Below, piece by piece: positions 38,816-48,499 of a stretch of 64,000 nucleotides of DNA (the first letter of the stretch is position 1; each line of letters opens with the position of its first letter). Under the pieces are notes generated by a model. That model was not told the DNA's origin and ran no database searches. It worked only from the letters and a program-made list of their open reading frames with translations. The position numbers and the translations under genes were made by a program. Source of the DNA: a virus (taxonomy: Duplodnaviria > Caudoviricetes); the IMG/VR virus record IMGVR_UViG_2728368913_000005, positions 7,319 to 71,318 of that record; one strand, 5' to 3'.

Positions 38816-39622
38816 TCAAGACCTAAATGGTATCTGAGATTTGACTATGTCGACGCCCGACATTCCGTTTGACTGGAGAAGTATCCTCAGTGACTCCGCA
38901 GCTAGAACAGGATTTTTTACCGGTCCGATATGTACTGCCTTTATCGCACTTGGCGCGAACTCATGTTCGAGATACGGTACCAGATGATCATCTTTAGCTC
39001 TGAACCTAATTTTCGGCCCCACACTATGCCTAATAAGCCGCACCTCCTGCTCAGCTTCGAAATGACGATTCTTGAAACATGCTGCTAGCACCATAAGCTC
39101 CTTAATTTGCTCTATTCCACCCTCCGGATTTTCATTTATCAGGATATCGTTTAACTCTGCACAGTACTGCTGGACTGCAATCTTAGCAATAGAGAGTTTT
39201 TTATCTTCAGCGTACATGCAAGGAGATAGCACTGGGAGGGCAACGGTCTTTAAATCCGGCTGAACGTCTAGTAACCGCTCATCGAATTCAATTGCGAAAA
39301 AACCATATGCTTGCCACTGACTCAGTAAGTCACCCGATTTACTAAAAGAGCACGTATAGATCCCCTGAGACTCTGCTGCGGTACGGGCATACATGAAGCC
39401 CCCCTGCAGAAAGCGCGCTCCGCGCACCAACTCCGGACTATCTTTCAGAGTTAATATATGCTCATCCAAAGCACTCGAAATTGTATCGATTCCTTCCATT
39501 ATTTCACGAGAGTCATTTAGAAAAAATGCGTTGGTGAGCCATAGTTTGCTACTAGAGATGATAGCGGCAACCGCATTGATATCTGAATAGTGAAAAATAG
39601 AGTTTTCTCCATGCTCTCCCAT
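38816..39622 (-). CDS. DUF2971-family protein (antisense moron)
   Basis: FHYS...LWLT...LNDSRE; CSFS..GDLLSQW..YG; FKNRHFEAEQEVR. Confidence 0.85.
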   Translation of the reverse strand: MGEHGENSIFHYSDINAVAAIISSSKLWLTNAFFLNDSREIMEGIDTISSALDEHILTLKDSPELVRGARFLQGGFMYARTAAESQGIYTCSFSKSGDLLSQWQAYGFFAIEFDERLLDVQPDLKTVALPVLSPCMYAEDKKLSIAKIAVQQYCAELNDILINENPEGGIEQIKELMVLAACFKNRHFEAEQEVRLIRHSVGPKIRFRAKDDHLVPYLEHEFAPSAIKAVHIGPVKNPVLAAESLRILLQSNGMSGVDIVKSQIPFRS

Positions 39623-39794
39623 TTCTACTTCAAGCCTTCGCTCTATGTGTGATGGTCTTTAATAACCGATCTCTTGCCGATTTGCCACCACCAGACACAC
39701 AGCGCGCCGCATACGGAGTGCCGCGCCAACCATCGTCGCCCCCTCTTCAACTCAAAATCCCACCCAGTGGAATCAAGCCCCCGGAGAAACAACC

Positions 39795-40142
39795 ATGTCG
39801 AAGCCGACAGACACCAGTGAATTCCTCAACGAACTGAATGGCGGGGCTTTCGCCAGCCAGATCGGCCACGCCCTTTCCGAAGTTGCCGCCGGTGTCGTCG
39901 ACCACGGCAAAGCCGGGAAGGTGGTCATCACCCTGGACTTCTCGCAGATCGGCGAGTCCAGCCAGGTGAAGATCAAACACAAGCTCGATTACAAGGTGCC
40001 GACCAAGCGAGGCACCCGCAGCGAGAACACCAGCCTCGACACGCCAATGCACGTTGGCTCCGGCGGCAACATCACGCTGTTCGCCGAAAAGCACGACCAG
40101 CTGTTCACGCGTGACGATGCGCCAATCCCACGCCGCAACTGA
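39795..40142 (+). CDS. YfdP-like phage protein
   Basis: FLNELNGGAF...VAAGVVDHGKAGKV; precedes DUF2303 gene. Confidence 0.8.
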   Translation: MSKPTDTSEFLNELNGGAFASQIGHALSEVAAGVVDHGKAGKVVITLDFSQIGESSQVKIKHKLDYKVPTKRGTRSENTSLDTPMHVGSGGNITLFAEKHDQLFTRDDAPIPRRN

Positions 40143-40171
40143 TCACCACCCCACCAAGCGAGACTTGAAAT

Positions 40172-40987
40172 ATGTCCCTCACGAAAGAAGCTATTCAACT
40201 GATCATCGATGACGCGCTGATCGCCCAAGGCAAAGAGCTGGGCACCGTTACGCCCACCATCGTGCTGCCGGAAGGCGCGAAGGTCGTGAACCTTGAGCAA
40301 TTCGGCGCAGGTCGCAGTCGCTTCCGTGGCACGTTCTCCACCAACTCCCTGGCGGACTTCGCCAAGTACGTGTCCGAGCGCGCAGTCGCCGACGCAAAAG
40401 GCTTCATCAATCAGGACGAAATGACCTGTTCGGTGCTGTTCAACCTGGGCAACGAGGAAGTGCCAGGCCACGCTGATGACCGCGCCGTGCTGAAGCTCAA
40501 GCCCACCGCTGCCTATCAGGCCGTGCAGGCCATCAGTGGCCGGGGCATGTCGCAGAAGGATATGAGCGACTGGATTGAAGACTGGCACAGCACGCTGTCG
40601 GCGGTCGGTGATGAGCTGCAGAACATCCCGTTGGCCAAAGCCATCGCAGCCGTGCGCACGATCACGGTCAAAGCGTCGTCGGAAAGCGATCACACCGTCA
40701 GCGAGACACGCGCCAGCCGCAGCGCAATGGATGCCATCGAGGCGACCAGCAAGGAAACTTTGCCCACGTCGCTGATCTTCTCGGCAGTGCCCTTTGAAGG
40801 CCTGCAGCAGCGCGAAATCATCCTGCGAATCTCGGTCATCACCAGCGGCGCACAGCCGGTGTTGAAGTTGCGTTGGGTCGGCGAGGACGTGCAGCGCGAA
40901 GAGATCGCGCAAGAGTTCAAGTCGGTGCTTGAAGCGAAGGTAGGTGATGCTGCGCAGCTGGCTCTTGGATCTTTTGATCCGAAGTAA
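40172..40987 (+). CDS. YfdQ / DUF2303 family protein
   Basis: RSRFRGTF, PGHADD, DWIEDW motifs. Confidence 0.85.
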   Translation: MSLTKEAIQLIIDDALIAQGKELGTVTPTIVLPEGAKVVNLEQFGAGRSRFRGTFSTNSLADFAKYVSERAVADAKGFINQDEMTCSVLFNLGNEEVPGHADDRAVLKLKPTAAYQAVQAISGRGMSQKDMSDWIEDWHSTLSAVGDELQNIPLAKAIAAVRTITVKASSESDHTVSETRASRSAMDAIEATSKETLPTSLIFSAVPFEGLQQREIILRISVITSGAQPVLKLRWVGEDVQREEIAQEFKSVLEAKVGDAAQLALGSFDPK

Positions 40988-41043
40988 GTAGTCCCCAAAA
41001 TACCCCGGACGGTTACCCTGCCCGGGGGAGTTGAGATCAGCCG

Positions 41044-41643
41044 TCAATCACCCAACATAGTCATGATTGAGGCTCCAATCGTGGTGAGTGACTCAACTTT
41101 CGGCAGAGAATCGATCAGGCGCCTGACAATGTTCTTCTTTGGGGCTGGCGAATCAATCTGGGTTTTGATTTCGTCAACCACGTCGAGAGCTTCAAGCTTT
41201 TCAGCGTCAGGCAGCTCTATCTTCTCGACCTCGGACCTTAGGCCTGCAACCAGATTAGATATTTCTGTATTTGAGTAAACTGTGTTAACGGAATTATCTA
41301 CGCTTTGGTTGTTGACCCGAGCATTGTTACCGTAAAAGTTGTAAACGGTGCTGTGGCTTACTTTCTCAGCTTCTGCCTCTCCCATACGTCTCACAACCAT
41401 CTGATAGTGAGCCTCGAAATCCATAACTGCTTCATAAAAGCCTGGTTCTACAACTTCAAACGTTTCGCTTCCGCCATTAGACATATGGCGGATAATCAGG
41501 TCTTTTGGCTCGATGAAAATTGAAGAGTCCCAAAGAAAGACCTTTCCCTTTTGGACGCTGGCTTTCAATCCATCGAATCGCTGGCCATTTGTTTTTAAAA
41601 CCGAAATATTGTCCTTTGCGAAATCGTTAAACATCCCACGCAT
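41044..41643 (-). CDS. Hypothetical antisense moron with Asn-rich linker and helical C-terminus
   Basis: 199 aa AT-rich ORF with RBS. Confidence 0.78.
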   Translation of the reverse strand: MRGMFNDFAKDNISVLKTNGQRFDGLKASVQKGKVFLWDSSIFIEPKDLIIRHMSNGGSETFEVVEPGFYEAVMDFEAHYQMVVRRMGEAEAEKVSHSTVYNFYGNNARVNNQSVDNSVNTVYSNTEISNLVAGLRSEVEKIELPDAEKLEALDVVDEIKTQIDSPAPKKNIVRRLIDSLPKVESLTTIGASIMTMLGD

Positions 41644-41741
41644 AACGTTCCCATCCTAGTCAGTGGTGTTACCCGGCGTCATGCCGAGCATAGCCATCAA
41701 TACCCCACTTCAACGACTCACGCCACCCTTTGGAATCGCTT

Positions 41742-42830
41742 ATGAGCCAGCTCCACCAGATACTGGTAGGCGACTGCATCGACATGATGCGCACGCTGCC
41801 AGATGAAAGCGTGCATACGTGCGTGACCAGCCCGCCCTACTACGGTCTGCGTGACTATGGCGTAGAAGGCCAGATCGGCCTTGAGGAAACCCCTGCCGAG
41901 TTCATCGCTCGGTTGGTCGACGTGTTCCGCGAAGTGCGCAGAGTACTTCGCGCTGACGGCACGATCTGGGTCAACATGGGCGACAGCTACGCCGGCAGCT
42001 GGGGCGCGCACGGCCGGGACGACATGGGTGTCGGCGTTTCGACGATCAGCCAACGCCAAGTGATGGCGAGCCAGCGCAAATCGAAAGCGACAACCCACGC
42101 CGATTACAAGCCGAAAGACTTGATGGGCATGCCCTGGCGTCTCGCCTTCGCGCTGCAGGACGACGGCTGGTATCTGCGGCAGGACATCATCTGGCATAAG
42201 CCAAATCCTATGCCGGAGTCGACGCGTGACCGCTGCACAAAAGCTCACGAATACCTGTTCCTGCTCAGCAAGTCACGGCAGTACTTCTACGACCAAGACG
42301 CCATAAAGGAACCGGTGTCAGCCAGCTCTATCGCCCGTCTAGCTCAGAACGTTGACGATCAAGCGGGAAGTGATCGCGTCCCAGGCAAAGCCAACGGGCC
42401 AATGAAGGCAGTGCGCAGTAGGCGGGACAGCTTCAAGCGCGAAGGCTCGAAGCGGGAGCAGGTGATTCCAGGCCAAACAGTCGGAACTCATCGACCTGAT
42501 CGAACTGACAGCGACTACCCACTGGATATGCGGAACAAGCGCTCCGTCTGGTCAGTGCCCACTGTGGGCTATAAAGGCGCCCACTTCGCTACCTTTCCGC
42601 CCGACCTGATCAGGCCCTGCATCCTGGCCGGTGCGCCGCGCGGCGGCGTGGTGCTGGACCCATTCGGCGGTGCCGGTACCACGTCGCTAGTTTCGATGCA
42701 GGAAGGTCGACGGTCGATCATCTGCGAGCTGAACCCAACGTACGCGGCTCTGGCCCGAGCGCGGATCGACTCAGCTTGGCTGGATGGAGCTGCGCAGATG
42801 GATGTGTTTCGTGACAATCCAGCCGCTTGA
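41742..42830 (+). CDS. N4-C/N6-A DNA methyltransferase (beta class), orphan
   Basis: TSPPY catalytic motif; HFATFP; VLDPFGGAGTT SAM motif. Confidence 0.93.
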   Translation: MSQLHQILVGDCIDMMRTLPDESVHTCVTSPPYYGLRDYGVEGQIGLEETPAEFIARLVDVFREVRRVLRADGTIWVNMGDSYAGSWGAHGRDDMGVGVSTISQRQVMASQRKSKATTHADYKPKDLMGMPWRLAFALQDDGWYLRQDIIWHKPNPMPESTRDRCTKAHEYLFLLSKSRQYFYDQDAIKEPVSASSIARLAQNVDDQAGSDRVPGKANGPMKAVRSRRDSFKREGSKREQVIPGQTVGTHRPDRTDSDYPLDMRNKRSVWSVPTVGYKGAHFATFPPDLIRPCILAGAPRGGVVLDPFGGAGTTSLVSMQEGRRSIICELNPTYAALARARIDSAWLDGAAQMDVFRDNPAA

Positions 42831-42837
42831 GAGTCCT

Positions 42838-43053
42838 CTACCCGGTAATAATTGGGCCTGGTGACCAGCTTACAGCGTTGAGACTCGTCGTGAGTTCCAT
42901 CTTGATCCAAGGCTGACCACACGTCCCGCATTTCATCGAAGCCGTGGTGAAGCTAACTGTTATACGCCCGCTTTCGTGGTCAACCATTCTCCCTGTATTC
43001 GAAGGTTGATCCGGATACTCAATCATCTGGATACAGTTTTCGCATAACCCCAC
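42838..43053 (-). CDS. Small zinc-binding antisense moron
   Basis: CENC...CGTCG; AGGAG RBS, GTG start. Confidence 0.6.
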   Translation of the reverse strand: MGLCENCIQMIEYPDQPSNTGRMVDHESGRITVSFTTASMKCGTCGQPWIKMELTTSLNAVSWSPGPIITG

Positions 43054-43199
43054 AGCACTCTCCTAACCGACTGCATGTTGGGCAGTACATCAATGCACCG
43101 CCTGAACGATCTAGGCGTGATCGCCATAAAATGATCGTACCTCCCTAAAAACACCGATCGGAGCAGTGAACGCGATTGTTTTATGCAAAAGCCTATTGT

Positions 43200-44177
43200 C
43201 TAGCTTGCCTTTCCATCGGACTTCTTTTCTGCCCAAGAATTGTAGTGTGCTCGCAGCATCTGGGGTTCGACATCCTCGCCATCAGCAAAAGCTAAGTCAT
43301 CATAAAATGTGGAACGAACTTCTGGATAACGAACGAACTGCATTCCACTCAAATGTTTAAGCATAGAGTACTTTTCAACATAATACTTCAAGCCCTCCCC
43401 TTTTACAGTCAGGCAGTTTAGAAAAAGAATACTGAGCTCGGCGTTATGCAACTGGGCACGAAGCATATTTGCGTAAATGCGCTGATCATAATACTGCTTA
43501 AGCAACTGCCTTATCAAAAAGAACGAGTATTTCCTATTCATGCGTAACGGATCGACACCAAAAGACTCGATATGTTTGAGAAGCTGATAAAGATTTCTAA
43601 AATAGTGCGAGAAATTATGAGAGAAAGACTCATCGAAGTCATTGATTACTACTTTTAAATGCTTTATATAAGCTTCCTCACCGACTCCTCCAAAAAAGTA
43701 ATGTTTATGCAGTGCATTGAATGCAGCCTGCCCAATCAAGAGCTGAGGCTGTCCGGTCAAGGGGCCACGTAAATTAGAGACTTTTAGCTCGGCAGTTAAA
43801 CGGATATGTATATCAAGCAACCTGAAAAATACAGCTTCGAAGTTTTGTCGCTCAATATTCTGCCGCTGTTGAATCTGAATATCGTAATTATCTTTAGCAT
43901 CCTGCCGAGCAAGCCTTAGTTCAGCCCTCTGCATTCTTATACTGTACAACACAGCCATCAGTGCAACGAAACTTAAAAAGGGGTTGAGCATACCGCCCAC
44001 AAAATCGCCAAGCTGCCCCCAGTACTGAGCTGAGTTAGAGTTAGCTATTGCGATTAATGGTATATCTGCTCCGACCCAGAAGTGCCAAATGACTGCCACC
44101 AGCACTAACGTGGTGGCACCGAATCCGGCGAGACAAATCATACCCAAGATAAATATATCTAACGGGTTGCTGCGCAT
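43200..44177 (-). CDS. Putative abortive infection protein (putAbiC-like) with N-terminal TMs
   Basis: GQLGDFVGGMLNP TM motif; SHYFRNLYQLLK...YANMLRAQL..AEL...VEKYSMLKHL. Confidence 0.82.
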   Translation of the reverse strand: MRSNPLDIFILGMICLAGFGATTLVLVAVIWHFWVGADIPLIAIANSNSAQYWGQLGDFVGGMLNPFLSFVALMAVLYSIRMQRAELRLARQDAKDNYDIQIQQRQNIERQNFEAVFFRLLDIHIRLTAELKVSNLRGPLTGQPQLLIGQAAFNALHKHYFFGGVGEEAYIKHLKVVINDFDESFSHNFSHYFRNLYQLLKHIESFGVDPLRMNRKYSFFLIRQLLKQYYDQRIYANMLRAQLHNAELSILFLNCLTVKGEGLKYYVEKYSMLKHLSGMQFVRYPEVRSTFYDDLAFADGEDVEPQMLRAHYNSWAEKKSDGKAS

Positions 44178-44253
44178 ATTATTTGCAGGCACCTTAGGCG
44201 CTCCTTGCTTAAGTTGATTTCTGAAACTGCCCAAACAACTGAGACCGCACATT

Positions 44254-45201
44254 ATGCTTGAATATGGCAGCGTTTGCAGCGGCATTGAGGCCGCGACCGT
44301 GGCCTGGCAACCGCTGGGCATGGAGCCTGTGTGGTTCGCCGAGATTGACCCCTTCCCCAGCGCCGTGCTGGCCCACCACTACCCTCGCACGCCGAACCTT
44401 GGCGACATGACCAAGCTCGGGGCCCTGGTCCTGGCTGGCAAGATCAAAGCGCCGGACGTGCTTGTAGGCGGAACGCCGTGCCAGGCATTCAGTGTCGCCG
44501 GCATGAGACAGGGCATGCTCGACCCGCGCGGTGCCCTAACCATCAAATATGTGGAGCTTGCAGATGCAGTTGACCATGTTCGAACCAGTCGAAACCAACC
44601 CGAAAGCATCATCGTCTGGGAGAACGTCCCCGGTGTCCTTTCCGACAAAGGCAACGCCTTCGGATGCTTTCTTGGCGCACTTGCTGGGGAAGACTGCGAG
44701 CTGCAGCCTCCAGGGAAACGGTGGCAGGACGCTGGTTGTGTGTATGGACCCAAAAGAACAATCGCGTGGCGGATCCTGGACGCCCAATATTTCGGCCTGG
44801 CCCAACGACGCCGCCGTGTGTTCCTTGTCGCAAGTGCTCGAGCAGACTTCGATCCCACGGAGGTACTTTTTGAGCGAGAAGGCGTGCGCCGGGATTGCGC
44901 GCCGAGACGGTTACCGGAGTCGTCACTTCATCCTACTCTCACGGCAAAAGGGGGTGGCGCTCTCGATGACCGAGAGGCATATGTATTGGAGACCGATGGC
45001 GTTCGTAGAACCAGCGTAATCGAGTGGGAGCGCTGTCAGGGCTTTGTGGATAATTACACGCAGATCCCTTGGCGCGGCAAACATGCTAGCGATTGTCCTG
45101 ATGGCCTCCGCTATAAAACGATTGGCAATAGCAAGGCGGTACCCGTCGTTAGATGGATCGGCGTGCGACTGATCCATCACACCCAAGTAAATCCCTATTA
45201 G
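44254..45201 (+). CDS. C5-cytosine DNA methyltransferase, orphan
   Basis: SVCSGIEA, GGTPCQAFS, ENVPG, QRRRRVF, GNS motifs. Confidence 0.93.
   Translation: MLEYGSVCSGIEAATVAWQPLGMEPVWFAEIDPFPSAVLAHHYPRTPNLGDMTKLGALVLAGKIKAPDVLVGGTPCQAFSVAGMRQGMLDPRGALTIKYVELADAVDHVRTSRNQPESIIVWENVPGVLSDKGNAFGCFLGALAGEDCELQPPGKRWQDAGCVYGPKRTIAWRILDAQYFGLAQRRRRVFLVASARADFDPTEVLFEREGVRRDCAPRRLPESSLHPTLTAKGGGALDDREAYVLETDGVRRTSVIEWERCQGFVDNYTQIPWRGKHASDCPDGLRYKTIGNSKAVPVVRWIGVRLIHHTQVNPY
44564..45019 (+). CDS. Nested alternative-frame ORF (methyltransferase beta-polypeptide-like)
   Basis: GGAG 7 nt upstream of ATG; WPNDAAVCSLSQVLE...RYFLSEKACAGI. Confidence 0.6.
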   Translation: MQLTMFEPVETNPKASSSGRTSPVSFPTKATPSDAFLAHLLGKTASCSLQGNGGRTLVVCMDPKEQSRGGSWTPNISAWPNDAAVCSLSQVLEQTSIPRRYFLSEKACAGIARRDGYRSRHFILLSRQKGVALSMTERHMYWRPMAFVEPA

Positions 45202-45242
45202 CCTCGTTAACGAAGCAATCGGCGAATCCATATTTATGGCAA

Positions 45243-46346
45243 CTAATCGTCGTACATAGGATACATTTTTGGAATTAATATGCTTTCAGCTAATGGAAAC
45301 TCCAGAAAGCCCCCATCAATTAGCTCGAACTCCCAATCGTCTAGCACTACACTTTCGAGATCGCCCTCAAAATATGAAATAGATAATTGTGCCGACAGTA
45401 CATTCCGATAGGTCAGGTTGTGTATTTCTTTTTGCCACGTAGGGTCCACGTCTTTTGGCGAAAGAAAGCCTAGACACATACCTAACTTCCAATACTCGGC
45501 CGACACTTTAAATTCGAAATCCACACCATGAACAGAACAATCATTTTTGGCCGAAAAGACCCGAATATTTGTAGCTTTAATAGCTGAAACCGAAAACCTC
45601 ACATCTTGTATATCATATTCAGCCTCCAAATCAATCGTAAAGTCGTAATTCACCAGCCATTCACCAACCATTTGTTGTGCGATGTCCAAAACTTGATTCA
45701 ACGCCTTATCAGCAAAATCTAATGGATGATCTCTGGCTGTGTGCGCCAATGCATTTACAACCTCGCCTAGATTGCTGGACCAGAAAAGATGGCGACTACC
45801 GGAACAATATGAGCACATATCGGAATCGGAGCTAATAACGTGTATACGCAAATTATTTTCGGCGGCATATGCTTTCAAAGCTTCCAAAACAAATGCATCT
45901 CTGAACTCGTTTTGCTTTTTATCAGAAAACGGAGGCAGCATATCAAAGAACAATGTAAATACGTCTTCTGCAGATGCAAGGTCAACAGAAATAATCTCTA
46001 TATTTTTAGTCGAGAGAAAGCGCTCAAAACCGGCAAAAAGCTCCGACTCAATACTGCCTGCATCAACCCGATCGAACATTAGTGAACTAGCATATGCAGG
46101 TATATTCCGCAAAACCTTGCCTTTTTCGCGAAAAGACTGCGCCGCGCTGGCGGCTTCTTTAGACTGCGCCCTTAGGTGCTTTTTGACTTCAGCCACTGTG
46201 ACATTAACCAATACCAAGCTAGCCTCATCTCTTTCTAAAAGATCAGTAAGGCTCGCCAAGTCCTTGGAAAAAAACTGGTAATTATTCGCATAAAAAATAC
46301 ATGAATCAATGAATACGACTCTCGAGCGAAGCGCAAAACCATCCAT
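45243..46346 (-). CDS. PIN-domain protein (DUF4935-like), antisense moron
   Basis: VFIDSCIF; PPFSDKKQNEFRDAFVLE; ISSDSD. Confidence 0.85.
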   Translation of the reverse strand: MDGFALRSRVVFIDSCIFYANNYQFFSKDLASLTDLLERDEASLVLVNVTVAEVKKHLRAQSKEAASAAQSFREKGKVLRNIPAYASSLMFDRVDAGSIESELFAGFERFLSTKNIEIISVDLASAEDVFTLFFDMLPPFSDKKQNEFRDAFVLEALKAYAAENNLRIHVISSDSDMCSYCSGSRHLFWSSNLGEVVNALAHTARDHPLDFADKALNQVLDIAQQMVGEWLVNYDFTIDLEAEYDIQDVRFSVSAIKATNIRVFSAKNDCSVHGVDFEFKVSAEYWKLGMCLGFLSPKDVDPTWQKEIHNLTYRNVLSAQLSISYFEGDLESVVLDDWEFELIDGGFLEFPLAESILIPKMYPMYDD

Positions 46347-46593
46347 TCCAACCTCCATTACACTCACCTGTATCTCGCTCAAAAACCAAATCGCAATAAC
46401 TTGAGACACGATCATACGAGCAGCCGGCCAGCCCACGCTACCAGAATCTGGCACCAGAACTCGGACGCAGTTTGAAGCCGGCGAACAATCCTATGCTTTT
46501 TGAGATATCAAATTGCATGAATGCTAAATAAGCGACGACCACAGTGCCGTCACTTAAATCAAGCTACTCACGCCATCTTCGCGAGGATAAACC

Positions 46594-47076
46594 ATGTTTG
46601 CAGCCCTGCGAGCCCCCATCAATCCAGACACCCTCCCCACACCCTGGCCGGCACGCGATGGTCTTTGCGATGCCTGCAACGCCTACCGCGCCCGAGGAAA
46701 CCACAAGGCCTGCCTGGGGGGGGCATGCCCGCTATGCGCAGAGCGCGAAGGAATCGAAATCATGAGCAACGAACCGAACGACGTGCGTGAGTCGCGTGAG
46801 CTGCTGCGTTGCCCGTTCTGCGGCGGCGTACCGTTCATCACAAAGCATCACCGTGAAGAGATGTACGCCTTCATACACCGTTGCGAAGTTTTGGGACCGA
46901 TCAGCCGGGACTTCCGCGAAGATCCAGCGGCGCATGTCGAGATGTGGAACACTCGCGTCCAGCCAACCGCCAACACGAGAATAGTGCTGCCCGATCGCAA
47001 GCTGATTTGCAGCTATGAGGACGCAGGATTTAACGAGTGCCTAGATGAAGTCGCCAAGCTGAACACCCCGCAGTAA
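46594..47076 (+). CDS. Lar-like zinc-finger protein (possible internal start 46762)
   Basis: LLRCPFCGG...WNTR motif. Confidence 0.65.
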   Translation: MFAALRAPINPDTLPTPWPARDGLCDACNAYRARGNHKACLGGACPLCAEREGIEIMSNEPNDVRESRELLRCPFCGGVPFITKHHREEMYAFIHRCEVLGPISRDFREDPAAHVEMWNTRVQPTANTRIVLPDRKLICSYEDAGFNECLDEVAKLNTPQ

Positions 47077-47130
47077 CCACCCCCTCTCAATCAATTCAAT
47101 GTCAGCCGCGTGTGCGGCAAGGACGAAGTC

Positions 47131-47568
47131 ATGCCCGAAGAAAAGCAAAAGCTTGGCCCGGACCATTATCGATACGTCGACGAGCTTGACCCGAAAGGCC
47201 TAGAGGTTACCTGCAAGCGTTATGTCGTCATCGGCGAGACTGATCAGTGCTGGTACATCATCTCTGAATTCCACGACAACCTATTCGGCGGGTCGCAGCG
47301 CGAATCCCTGCTGAACCAGTATCGCAAGCGCGTGCTTAAGTATGGCGGCGAGCACGGCCGGCGATTCGCTTACATCACCAAGGAATTGGCGCTGCGCTCT
47401 TACAAGCAACGCAAGTCCTGGCAGGTTCGCCATGCCCAGCTTTCCCTTGAGCGCGCCAAGGCCGCCATTGCATATTTCGGCGATGTTAGGACCGAAAGCA
47501 CCACACCACCCGACAACTTGTTGATCCCCTGCGAATACATCCAGGACATGAACTGGAGCGAGTACTGA
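47131..47568 (+). CDS. Hypothetical protein
   Basis: AAGGA RBS, ORF coupled to next gene. Confidence 0.72.
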   Translation: MPEEKQKLGPDHYRYVDELDPKGLEVTCKRYVVIGETDQCWYIISEFHDNLFGGSQRESLLNQYRKRVLKYGGEHGRRFAYITKELALRSYKQRKSWQVRHAQLSLERAKAAIAYFGDVRTESTTPPDNLLIPCEYIQDMNWSEY

Positions 47569-48215
47569 TGATCAACCAAGCCAAAGAACGCCCCATCCTT
47601 TTCTCGGCTCCAATGGTGCGCGCCATCTTATCGGGCCAGAAGACAGTCACGCGGCGTGCGCTCAAGGTCCAACCGCACATTGATGCGAGCGGTAATTTCT
47701 GCGTAAGTGGGGCCAACTACGGGCAAGACATTTACGGCAAACCGGTGACAAAAAACTTTGTCATCAGTAACTGCCCGCACGGAAAACCCGGTGACCGGCT
47801 ATGGGTGCGAGAGGCTTGGCAGGCTGATGCCCATATGAACGAGGTCGCGCCGCGAGAGCTGAGCCACGGCGAGCCAATCCAGTACCCGGCAGATGGTGAA
47901 TCAAGGCAAACCGGATGCTCGATGATCACGCCAGGGAAAACTCGGCCATCCATTCACATGCCGCGCTGGGTCAGCCGCATCCTGCTGGAGATCACCGCCA
48001 TTCGGGTTGAACGACTGCAGGAAATCAGTCTCGCCCAGGTCCAGCGGGAAGGCTGCGAAGTTCGCCAGTTCTGGCTCTTTGGTGCAAATCAAGAGGAAGC
48101 ACAGAAGATAGGCACCTCTGTTTTTGGCGGGCTCTGGTCATCTATCAACGGTGCTGAATCTTGGAACTCAAACCCGTGGGTCTGGGTCGTCGAGTTCAGG
48201 TGCATTACGCCGTGA
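47568..48215 (+). CDS. ASCH/PUA-like phage protein
   Basis: ERPILFSAPMVRAILSGQKTVTRR; GDRLWVRE; PSIHMPR; NPWVWVVEF. Confidence 0.85.
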   Translation: MINQAKERPILFSAPMVRAILSGQKTVTRRALKVQPHIDASGNFCVSGANYGQDIYGKPVTKNFVISNCPHGKPGDRLWVREAWQADAHMNEVAPRELSHGEPIQYPADGESRQTGCSMITPGKTRPSIHMPRWVSRILLEITAIRVERLQEISLAQVQREGCEVRQFWLFGANQEEAQKIGTSVFGGLWSSINGAESWNSNPWVWVVEFRCITP

Positions 48216-48286
48216 GCGAGATATGGGAATGGTCAGAAATTACGCAGCTGAACGCACTTAGCTGCTTCGAGGCTCCGCGGGAAGGC

Positions 48287-48499
48287 TCAATGAATAGCGG
48301 GTATAGATTCTGTAGCGTCGTCGGAAGCCGCGATGAAGTCATGCCACGCTAAAAACGCTTGATAATGGCGGTTAGTTGCCTCTGCCCAAAAAGCGCCTTC
48401 AATTTCCTTCGCAGCAACCATCATCATCATTTTAGCGATTGATGCGTCCAGCTCCACCAAGAGCTCATGAGCCCTGAAGCGAAATTCATCATTTGGCAC
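48287..48499 (-). CDS. Small antisense helical protein
   Basis: AGGGA RBS; paralogue of 63782..64000. Confidence 0.68.
   Translation of the reverse strand: MPNDEFRFRAHELLVELDASIAKMMMMVAAKEIEGAFWAEATNRHYQAFLAWHDFIAASDDATESIPAIH

Noticed and set aside
41697-41725. Sigma54 promoter reading of the TGGC motif
   Set aside because: No GC occurs at the required GG-N10-GC spacing in this copy; the conserved feature across copies is the N17-TAT spacing.
41742-46346. Restriction-modification system
   Set aside because: The MTases are in the phage early operon with phage codon usage; the neighbouring antisense genes are not recognisable restriction enzymes.
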